IMG/VR virus record: IMGVR_UViG_3300042731_007021
Span: 17,162 to 81,161 of that record
Length of the DNA: 64,000 bases
From: a virus
Strand: one strand, 5' to 3'
The notes beneath the pieces are model-generated. The model did not search any database and had not been told where the DNA came from. It saw only the letters and a list, made by a program, of their open reading frames with translations. Shown here piece after piece: positions 48,571 to 56,737 of the stretch. Both the position numbers and the translations under genes were made by a program. Numbering within the stretch: position 1 is the stretch's first letter; each line of letters starts with the position of its first letter.

Positions 48571-51500
48571 GTTTAGCCTCCACTGCCTTGTCCATAGCTT
48601 CAAGAATTGCCTGCTTTGTGGGGCGTGCCCCCAACTCGATTTGTGCCTGCCAGTTATGGCCAAGAGACACATCGGCCTCCATTGGAACAACATGTCCAGG
48701 CGGGGTTATTTCCATAATCCTGGTCAGGCGTTCAATATACTCAGGGATATGAATTATCTTTACGCTTGAGGTTATTTCATCATATATAGGACCCAGCAAA
48801 GTGGCCCCGGTTTCCTCCCACAGGTTGGTTTCCCAACATCTTCGCAACACTATCTTCAGGATGTCAGCTGCGCAGCCTTGAATAACATCATTCACCAACT
48901 GTCGTTCCATCCGTCGACGAGTCGATTTATTTTTGGAGAACAAGGTTTGACTGGCATGCCTCCGTGTGCCATAAGCCGTTTGACTGTACCCGTGCTTTTT
49001 AGCAAATTTTATAACAGTGTCCTGCCATGGCTGCACATCTGGGTAAGTGTCATAGGCTGCCTGTAGCATGGCTTCTGCCTCATCGTATGGAATGATCAGT
49101 CGCTGGCTTAGTGTCCCCGCTTCACCCAAATAGGCAAACAAGAAGTTGGTAGCCTTTGCCGGCCTCTTTCTGATAGCCGCCATGGCTTTATGCTTTTCGT
49201 GGGTTTTGTCGGCATAAGCCTCCACGTATTCGGAATAACTTATTTTAGCAATACCGGCCGCAGTCATGGAATGAACGTCACGCTTATTGTCTCCGACGTA
49301 GCAGGATATCAAGTTAGCGTCCCTGCTCTCTGAGGCCATAATCCGCAACTCTTGCTGTGAGAAATCGACAGAGACAATCAATTCGTCTTCATCATAAGGG
49401 ACGTAGATTGATCGCATCACCCCGTCTTGTTGGTGCTTACTTACTTGCAGTACGTTAGGCGATGTGCCTGAGGGTCTGCGGGTTACCGTACCACAGTCTC
49501 GTATCTGCGGGTGAATCCTATTATCTGTAGGGTGTTTCCATAACGGGTATGGGTCATGATAAAGGCTGATCCTGGTCTTACCTTCCCTGATTTTCAGCAG
49601 GGATTCCAGACATTCGCGCCTCCAATCTCCTTCTTCCGTGTCTTCAGCCATCGCCGTTTGAATAGCGATATTATCCGTCTTAGGGGATCCGTCAACACCC
49701 ACCTTGTCCCTGAATGACCCAGGATCAGGAATATTGGTCAACCTGACTGGCAATCCAAGCTTACAATACAACAATTGTTGCATTTGCTTAGGCGATCCAG
49801 TGTTCAGTTCGTCACCCTCTGTAATGACCTTCCCCTCCGCCTTTGAATGTTGGGAGCAAAAGCGTGAGAACTTGGCATAGGCCTCGCTTTCACGCTTCTT
49901 CAGATCGGTTACACACTCGGCCAGCAGTTCGCAGAACATCTCCTGGGCATCGGATAATGGGGCCTGGTTGTCAGATTCAGAATCCATGTCAATGGCCGTG
50001 GTGTTCGATATCCATTCGCGTATGCCCTTTTGAGTAACCACAGTCAAAGGCTCTGGAAACTCCAAAGCAATTGTCAACTCCTCAAATTGCTTTGCTGTCG
50101 GCTTGAACTCAGGCTCTTCTTCCCACTCGCTGTAGGGAGTATACACAGCACTGGTGAGGGCATAGTCTTTAGCGTTCTTGACGGCTTCAAGCTTTGCTTT
50201 TCCAATACGCTCTCTGGCTTTATCAGAATCCAGGGCAATGCCATCTTTTTCCAGCCGGCTCTTTTCAGCGGAGGCCGCATGGGCCTCTGTATAAGGTCGC
50301 TCTGCCGCGGCATACGCCATAGCGGCCTTGACATTTGGTTCAGTGCAGTTTTTCTGAAGGTGCCCGCGTAGAATGGCGTAATTCTCTTTAATTGACTTTT
50401 CGTCGGCTTCACGGATCTTTTGCAACTTGTCCCAATCAATTTCACAGCCAGTTAAATAGGCATCAACCAGGTTTTGCTGAACCAAAGTCTCGTTTTCTTC
50501 GTAGAAGTCAAGACAGCGTTCGGTCATCATGCGGTAGCGCAGGACAGTCCACAAGTGCGCAGTCACTATAGCGTCGTCACAGCCGTAATCGAATACTTCT
50601 TCGGCCGTCAATTCACGCATAGTCCGCAATTCTCCCGTCTCCGGGTCAGCTACTGTCTCAGCGTAGGTGGCCTGGTTGTACCCCAGTTCTCGCTTAGACA
50701 TGGATTTGAGATTGGATTCCGCCTCTTCGTCCACGTAAGACATCATGATGTTGGTGTCATAGCAAGCCTGTAGCCAGAAATTAAGGTTGGTCTTGGTTAC
50801 CGCCACTTCAAAGAAAGCGTTCTGGATAACCAGGTCAGATTCGGCCTCCGCAATTTTAATCAGTCTGCCAATAACTGGTGGAGCCACATTGTCGGAGTCC
50901 TTGTGGTTAACCGGCACATATATCGTATCTTGGAGATTTTCCCCAAAAGTAAACGACGCGCCGGTGATTCTGGCTTCCTTAACGTCCAAGTAGTCCCCAC
51001 CTTTCGGGTTTTTCAACATGGCATTCTCTGAAGGGCTGGTCTCGTAGTCAAATGCAACAACCGGAGATTTACTGCACTCAGAAGCAAACTGCTCAAACAA
51101 CTCTTCATCGACATCGGCCGCGGTAATTAGCGTCTGGCTGGGCTCCCACTGAGATATCGCTTCTTCCTGCATGAGGTCTGAACACCCTGCTCGGTGAAAC
51201 ACTTCAGCCAACTTATTCCAGTTTGGCACCCGCTTCACCCACTGCATTTTGGTGAGCTTGCTACCCCGCGGCTTCCAGCAAAGCTCAGGGCGTAGGATAG
51301 CCAGATTGTAGCATTTCTTCCATTCGTTGCGATTGTCGTAAAGTAGTCGTAGTGCCTTGTTTTCCCCTTCGTCAAGGGCCTGGGCCAACATTTCATAATT
51401 TCCGGTCCTGACGCACTCTTCAAGCTCTTGAATGCCGTCATAGCCGTAATCAGCCACCAACATATCCCATTTGGCCGGGCCAAAGCCTGGAACGCCTTTA

Positions 51501-52072
51501 TAGTTGTCAGACGTGTCACCCAACATTGATTTGGATAGAGAGATGAATTTATGCGGGATGCCGTTATATTCATCACCGTCCTGGAATTCACATTTCAAAA
51601 GCACTTGTACGTTTTCGTGGTCACCCTGTAGTTGGAGCAAGTCGGCGTCCACCGTGTAGACGTGTATTGGCTCGTCAGTGCTCTCGCAAATATGGGCGAT
51701 AATGTCATCCGCCTCGACGCCGGCAACCTTGATCTGGGTTGATCCAGTGGCCGCCCAGAAAGTTTTCAGCATATCCATAAGAATGTCTTTTTGAGCCTTC
51801 TGTTCAGGGTCTACTTCAGTGCGCGAAGGCTGCTGCTTATATTCTGGAAACAGCGCGGTTCGATAGTCGTGCCCGGCGTCGTGGCACACAATGATTTGAA
51901 TAGGAGCGTGTTCTTGAAGCAGTAGCAACCCATACCGGTCCATGAATTGATTGAAGCCGTACTGCGCCGTATTGATGTTGTTACCGGCTTCTGAGATGAA
52001 AGCTTCCGGGTCTTCTCCTATATGGTAGGAGTGATGCATTACTGCTCTGGCGTCTAATATTATTATTCCCAT
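48554..52072 (-). CDS. polA: Family A DNA polymerase with 5'-3' and 3'-5' exonuclease domains
   Basis: VEADD/GDTSDN (5'-exo), FDYET/YGCDD (3'-exo), DFSQQELR motif A, KATNF motif B, IYDE motif C. Confidence 0.93.
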   Translation of the reverse strand: MGIIILDARAVMHHSYHIGEDPEAFISEAGNNINTAQYGFNQFMDRYGLLLLQEHAPIQIIVCHDAGHDYRTALFPEYKQQPSRTEVDPEQKAQKDILMDMLKTFWAATGSTQIKVAGVEADDIIAHICESTDEPIHVYTVDADLLQLQGDHENVQVLLKCEFQDGDEYNGIPHKFISLSKSMLGDTSDNYKGVPGFGPAKWDMLVADYGYDGIQELEECVRTGNYEMLAQALDEGENKALRLLYDNRNEWKKCYNLAILRPELCWKPRGSKLTKMQWVKRVPNWNKLAEVFHRAGCSDLMQEEAISQWEPSQTLITAADVDEELFEQFASECSKSPVVAFDYETSPSENAMLKNPKGGDYLDVKEARITGASFTFGENLQDTIYVPVNHKDSDNVAPPVIGRLIKIAEAESDLVIQNAFFEVAVTKTNLNFWLQACYDTNIMMSYVDEEAESNLKSMSKRELGYNQATYAETVADPETGELRTMRELTAEEVFDYGCDDAIVTAHLWTVLRYRMMTERCLDFYEENETLVQQNLVDAYLTGCEIDWDKLQKIREADEKSIKENYAILRGHLQKNCTEPNVKAAMAYAAAERPYTEAHAASAEKSRLEKDGIALDSDKARERIGKAKLEAVKNAKDYALTSAVYTPYSEWEEEPEFKPTAKQFEELTIALEFPEPLTVVTQKGIREWISNTTAIDMDSESDNQAPLSDAQEMFCELLAECVTDLKKRESEAYAKFSRFCSQHSKAEGKVITEGDELNTGSPKQMQQLLYCKLGLPVRLTNIPDPGSFRDKVGVDGSPKTDNIAIQTAMAEDTEEGDWRRECLESLLKIREGKTRISLYHDPYPLWKHPTDNRIHPQIRDCGTVTRRPSGTSPNVLQVSKHQQDGVMRSIYVPYDEDELIVSVDFSQQELRIMASESRDANLISCYVGDNKRDVHSMTAAGIAKISYSEYVEAYADKTHEKHKAMAAIRKRPAKATNFLFAYLGEAGTLSQRLIIPYDEAEAMLQAAYDTYPDVQPWQDTVIKFAKKHGYSQTAYGTRRHASQTLFSKNKSTRRRMERQLVNDVIQGCAADILKIVLRRCWETNLWEETGATLLGPIYDEITSSVKIIHIPEYIERLTRIMEITPPGHVVPMEADVSLGHNWQAQIELGARPTKQAILEAMDKAVEAKREQQD

Positions 52073-52077
52073 GGTGG

Positions 52078-52323
52078 CTAGGCTCCCTCTGGTTGAATAT
52101 TTTTAGTGAGTGTAATATGGGCTTTAAACTTAGAGCCCGCTATTCCTATTCCGTGATCCGTTTTTTCAAATCTTGCCTTATACGAAACCTCAGAGATGTC
52201 GATGCCGGCTGCTTTGGCAACCGCTTCGCTGAGTATTTCTGCTATCTGATCTTCTCTCAAAGGGCAGGTAACGACAACATTGTGGAATTCTTTTGTCTGC
52301 GGGGTTAATACAATTTTGCTCAT
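52078..52323 (-). CDS. Hypothetical protein
   Basis: 81-aa ORF, GGAG RBS. Confidence 0.65.
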   Translation of the reverse strand: MSKIVLTPQTKEFHNVVVTCPLREDQIAEILSEAVAKAAGIDISEVSYKARFEKTDHGIGIAGSKFKAHITLTKNIQPEGA

Positions 52324-52344
52324 GATTGGTTGTTCTCCAAAAAA

Positions 52345-53670
52345 TTAACGTTTCAATAACAACAAATTATGACTTGCTCGACTACACCCCACATACAACA
52401 ATTGGTTCCGCTCCCTTGACTTCAGATTCTTGAAACAGTCGTCCACGTCAAGAAATACGTTCTCAAATGTGGATCCTTGCATTCGATGAACTGTCATCGC
52501 ATGAGGGGGCTGCAAGTCCCCGAACGAGTCTTTGAATGCCCAAAAATTACGCCACAATGACGGGTTTTTCTTCGCTTCGTCAGCCAGCTTACTCAACATC
52601 TTTCGATAATCTGATTCGCTGTCTTCATGCAGTAAATGAACCTCAACAGTTCGGTTGCGTACATTAGACAACAGAAGTGTCCATACCTTGAACTGTGTGC
52701 TCATCCCCTCATACTCAGGGTGGGTGCTTTCACGCACCTCAAGAACATCACATTCTTCATCGGTGTTGACGACTACTTCCGGACGTTCCCCAGGTATCTC
52801 TTCCAGGATGGGTTGGCGGGTCAACACGCGCTCACCTACTATAAACGGGCTCTTGGTCTCTCCTACCAATAGACGGCGTATGGCTTTGTTCATCGCATTG
52901 ACACGTTTATTTGTCCATGCCCCTATTCGATACTTGTCGGGATTGCTTCGGTATTCTTCGTCGGAAAAATTTTCCCTGACGTTTTCGTACCAATCCACCG
53001 CATTCATAACATAAACTCCACAGTCTATTGCTCCACTGTAAGCGTCGTGGAATTTAGTTTGGGATTTGCCTGAGCGGATATCTTCTCGCAGGGAAGCGGT
53101 TAGTTCAAGAATAGGGTTACCTGCCTCTTGCCTCATAATTTTTGACAATGTGAAAGTTTTATCAGCACTGTCAAATACCTGGGATTCTTTTTCCTTGACC
53201 GGAGGAAGCTGGAATGGGTCCCCCATTAAAATTACTTTTACCTTATATTCCCTGGCGGCTTCGGAAAGGATGCGCCATAGATTTTTAGAAATCATACTGG
53301 CTTCGTCCACTACAACGAGATTTAGATCCTCAAAGTTGCCTTTTACCAGCCGGCGGGTTTGCTTTTCTTCTCCACTGGAATCCAATATCAACCCCAATGA
53401 CGAATATATAGTGATAGTGTGAACGCCGTACAATCCATAATCAGCCGCCATTTCAGACAACACTTTTACGGCTTTGTTGGTAGGGGCGGTAAGGGCTATG
53501 CGTAGCCTTGGACTCTCACTAAGAAGCCTCTTTATAGCTCGCTGGATGGTAAAAGTCTTGCCTACCCCGGCCCACCCTTTCACACAATAAAAATATTGTC
53601 CTGGCGTATGATAGAATTCAACTATCTCATCCACACAAGCGGATTGATCTGTATTTAATTCAATTGGCAT
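52345..53670 (-). CDS. SF1B helicase (T4 Dda/RecD-like)
   Basis: GWAGVGKT, APTNKA, VDEASM, GDPFQLPPV, IMRQ, TVHRMQGSTF, YVGCSRA. Confidence 0.92.
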   Translation of the reverse strand: MPIELNTDQSACVDEIVEFYHTPGQYFYCVKGWAGVGKTFTIQRAIKRLLSESPRLRIALTAPTNKAVKVLSEMAADYGLYGVHTITIYSSLGLILDSSGEEKQTRRLVKGNFEDLNLVVVDEASMISKNLWRILSEAAREYKVKVILMGDPFQLPPVKEKESQVFDSADKTFTLSKIMRQEAGNPILELTASLREDIRSGKSQTKFHDAYSGAIDCGVYVMNAVDWYENVRENFSDEEYRSNPDKYRIGAWTNKRVNAMNKAIRRLLVGETKSPFIVGERVLTRQPILEEIPGERPEVVVNTDEECDVLEVRESTHPEYEGMSTQFKVWTLLLSNVRNRTVEVHLLHEDSESDYRKMLSKLADEAKKNPSLWRNFWAFKDSFGDLQPPHAMTVHRMQGSTFENVFLDVDDCFKNLKSRERNQLLYVGCSRASHNLLLLKR

Positions 53671-53699
53671 CTCAAACTCTTAAAAATCTTCTTATTTAA

Positions 53700-53726
53700 T
53701 GGTGGGAGAGCAGCTCCCTCCCACCA
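53700..53726 (-). terminator. Hairpin, probable terminator/attenuator
   Basis: tggtgggag-N9-ctcccacca. Confidence 0.55.
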
Positions 53727-53759
53727 GTTTATACGCTCAACTTTCAGCGCAGACGGGGC

Positions 53760-54539
53760 TTACCGCCTCGTCTTGAATGCCCAAGGATAGAAAGGCTTGA
53801 CTGCCTTAGTCACTTTCTTACCGACATAGACGACGGTTTCGACTTGAGTGATATTCTTTCCGTTGAAGTCGAGTTTTCCGATGTAGCCGGTAAACTTCTG
53901 AACCGAGGTTGGAGCAACGGAAAGGATGACAACTTCCCCTTCCAGTTCGTTAGCCTCGTCGGTGTCACCTCCTAGGATACGCGCCGTCACATCAAGGTAC
54001 TGCTTCTCAGTGATTTCGGCATCCGGATCTTCAGCCTTCCACTCAGCGATGATGTCGTCGATATTCTCGCCTTTAGGGTTAGTTTCACGATCGTAGCTGA
54101 ATTCATTCTTGTCCTGATCGTGCTTGACACCATAAGCCCACTTGGGGCGTGATTGCAGAATCTGGCAAACCAACTCTTTGCCAAGCTCTTCATCATCGTC
54201 GGCTTTCTGAAAAACCCCCTCCGGCCCCAACTTTATTACGGTGAAAGAGTAAAAGCCCATATCCAGGCCTTCAAACCCTTTTTCAGCCATGCGGTTTTCG
54301 AACTTCCCAGATTCTACCTGAGCCAGAGCGCCAGATTGGGTATGGCTGGCAACGACTTCGGTGGATTTGGTTTTCACTTCGGCTTCAGGTTCAGCGGCTT
54401 TTTGGACTTCGGCTTCCTGAATCACTTCTTCTTCCTCGGCCTCAACTTCTTGAACTACTTCTTCTTCGGCGGATATCTCAGGCTCAGCGGCTTTGGTGGT
54501 TTGTGCAGGTTGTTTCACAGGGGTCTTTTTGAGTCCCAT
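53760..54539 (-). CDS. Putative ssDNA-binding/recombination protein
   Basis: Own promoter and terminator within the replication operon; acidic N-terminus; function inferred from position only. Confidence 0.5.
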   Translation of the reverse strand: MGLKKTPVKQPAQTTKAAEPEISAEEEVVQEVEAEEEEVIQEAEVQKAAEPEAEVKTKSTEVVASHTQSGALAQVESGKFENRMAEKGFEGLDMGFYSFTVIKLGPEGVFQKADDDEELGKELVCQILQSRPKWAYGVKHDQDKNEFSYDRETNPKGENIDDIIAEWKAEDPDAEITEKQYLDVTARILGGDTDEANELEGEVVILSVAPTSVQKFTGYIGKLDFNGKNITQVETVVYVGKKVTKAVKPFYPWAFKTRR

Positions 54540-54610
54540 AATAGTTCTCCTATCAAGTTTAATTTAAAGGTTCAAATTCGGCGTTTTCACTCTGCCGTAG
54601 AGTATGGACA

Positions 54611-54639
54611 AATATAAAAAAAGTTTTGCTCGTTGTCAA
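54611..54639 (-). promoter_or_regulatory. sigma70 promoter TTGACA-17-TATATT
   Basis: Consensus match. Confidence 0.7.
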
Positions 54640-54938
54640 TAGGTATATAAGGTATGTCTGGGCGGGGCTCTTATTGGCGGCAAGGTACGGGCTTCCCAGC
54701 AATACCGCACCAAAACTTTAGGTCCGGCAAATTCATCAGGCCAAATTATAATCACCCAATAGTCGCAATTTGATGGTTGATCAGACCTTTCTATAGCACA
54801 ACCTAACGGGCTGGTTTCAACATAATCCTGAACGGTTACTTCTATGGTTACCCATCCTGACTCCGTAGGGGTATTATTCCAAAAATAACCGTAGGTGTAT
54901 GCAGTACCGGTATGGTCAGAGTAGGGGTAGGGGATCAT
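54636..54938 (-). CDS. Hypothetical protein
   Basis: Start overlaps helicase stop codon. Confidence 0.5.
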   Translation of the reverse strand: MIPYPYSDHTGTAYTYGYFWNNTPTESGWVTIEVTVQDYVETSPLGCAIERSDQPSNCDYWVIIIWPDEFAGPKVLVRYCWEARTLPPIRAPPRHTLYTY

Positions 54939-56506
54939 TACTCACCGTCGAATAAATCAATCAACAATTTCTTCGTATCGCCCACTACATCGTTGATATA
55001 CTTTTCTTTCCCAGCCACCTGCCGGATCTTCTTCGCCGCCCAGGTTTTCATGGGACTTAACAAGTAGTTATTAACCGTTTCGTCAGTCCCTACTATCCTG
55101 TGAACGCGCTCACTTGCCTGGGTCAAATCGCCCGGACTGTCAGGGCATTCGTAAAATACAACGTTGTGGCAAACACTTTGAAAGTTGAGTCCTGCGCCTG
55201 CCGATTTAGGGTGGGCTACCAGCAATCGGCACTTGTCGTCATGAAGAAACTTGTCTACCGGGGTCTGCTTGTTCCTTACCGTTCCGTTCAAAATTTCAGT
55301 GCCATATTCAGCCAACCGATTCTTTAATGACTCCGCCGTTTTGTTATAGTGGCAGAAAATTAATACTTTGGTCAAAGACAAATCGATCTCGGTCAACAAT
55401 TCCATCAAGGTTTCGAATACCGCATCTTTTATCTTTTTGTCTGAGTACTCGTTCGGGTTGGTAACCAACTGCAGGGCTATCTGTCTTAGACTCTGTTCTT
55501 GAATAGCATCAATAAATCGATCTTCCAACTCAAGCATGCGCTCATTAATCAATTTCTTGTAAAGTGCGTAGTGGGCTTTATCGAGTTCAACCGGAACGAT
55601 TGTATTAATCTTATCAGGCATATCTGGGGCAACGTCGCGTTTCTCCACTCTACGGGCCTGCTTGTAAAGGTGGAGAGCCAGCATATCTAAATTTTTGTAG
55701 CCTGATATTTTTGAAAACCCGCTATCGTCGGAGTCATATTCTATATGCAGTCGTTCAAACGATGAGTGGCCCCCATAACATTCAGGAGATTTCAGGCGAA
55801 TCAATCCGTAACACTGTTCAACATGCGTATGAGCCGGAGTGGCGGTTAAAAGTACCAGAGCCGTTTCATCCCCTGGTCTAGGATTATCCCCGCCGATAAA
55901 TTTATGTACTCGTTTATGGATTGTGGAGTCTGGATTTCTCAAGGCATGCGCCTCATCGCAAACCATCACACTATAATCATTTTCCTTCAGTAGTTTGTGG
56001 TAGCCTATTTCATTGATGTTGAATCTTAACAAATATTCTTTTTTTGTTTCCCCTGGCTTCCTCGGGGGGCGGGTCCCTCGAAACAAGTCATATGACATCA
56101 TTAGAATGTCTGGCCAGCCTGAGTTGTCATACAGGCTTATTTTTTTCTTCCTTTGCCCGGAAGTCCCAGACAGAATATCCATAGAGACATAATTCTCGAA
56201 TCCCTGAAAAGTTTCATGCATATCCCTGTAAAATTGATGAATCAATGTAGGGTTGGTCAGGACTACGCATTTGTTTCCCTGCCCTACTCTGAACAGCAGA
56301 TTAGCTTGAACTGGCAGCGTCTTTCCTGTTCCCGCTTCATCGAATAAACCTGCCCTGTCGTAATAGGATATAAGGTTCAACCCTTCATACTGATGCTTAA
56401 AGGGGAGATAATCGTCAGGCAAAGTAACTATAACATCGTCAGCCCAATAGATGTCATTAGGTAGCCCTGCTTTTAAAAAAGTGTCAGAGAGGCGTTCCTT
56501 GGCCAT
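54938..56506 (-). CDS. SNF2-family (SF2) helicase/ATPase
   Basis: DEAGTGKT, CDEAH, LTATP, SAGAGLNFQ, QASERVHR. Confidence 0.9.
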   Translation of the reverse strand: MAKERLSDTFLKAGLPNDIYWADDVIVTLPDDYLPFKHQYEGLNLISYYDRAGLFDEAGTGKTLPVQANLLFRVGQGNKCVVLTNPTLIHQFYRDMHETFQGFENYVSMDILSGTSGQRKKKISLYDNSGWPDILMMSYDLFRGTRPPRKPGETKKEYLLRFNINEIGYHKLLKENDYSVMVCDEAHALRNPDSTIHKRVHKFIGGDNPRPGDETALVLLTATPAHTHVEQCYGLIRLKSPECYGGHSSFERLHIEYDSDDSGFSKISGYKNLDMLALHLYKQARRVEKRDVAPDMPDKINTIVPVELDKAHYALYKKLINERMLELEDRFIDAIQEQSLRQIALQLVTNPNEYSDKKIKDAVFETLMELLTEIDLSLTKVLIFCHYNKTAESLKNRLAEYGTEILNGTVRNKQTPVDKFLHDDKCRLLVAHPKSAGAGLNFQSVCHNVVFYECPDSPGDLTQASERVHRIVGTDETVNNYLLSPMKTWAAKKIRQVAGKEKYINDVVGDTKKLLIDLFDGE

Positions 56507-56737
56507 CTACTTATTTTCCAAATGTTTGAAATCATTCAATGCTTTGGCCAATTCACAGTCTGCCCTATGCCCTGAATTAATTGGCGATTCTCCATCCGAG
56601 TCAGCCCCAAACCCTGGCCGTATGCCGCGGCATATCGGGCAGCTTGGCCATCCTGTGCAATAACTGTACGTCTTGCTCCACTCCAGCCGTTTCAATACGC
56701 TGATGACGCTGCGTAGCTTAATATCCACTTTATTCAC
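56507..56737 (-). CDS. Small Zn-binding protein
   Basis: CPIC...GH..DC motif. Confidence 0.65.
   Translation of the reverse strand: MNKVDIKLRSVISVLKRLEWSKTYSYCTGWPSCPICRGIRPGFGADSDGESPINSGHRADCELAKALNDFKHLENK

Noticed and set aside
48554-52072. Z-genome (2-aminoadenine) or 7-deazaguanine system
   Set aside because: No PurZ, DatZ, MazZ, DpdA, FolE or QueC/D/E-like ORF recognised in the window
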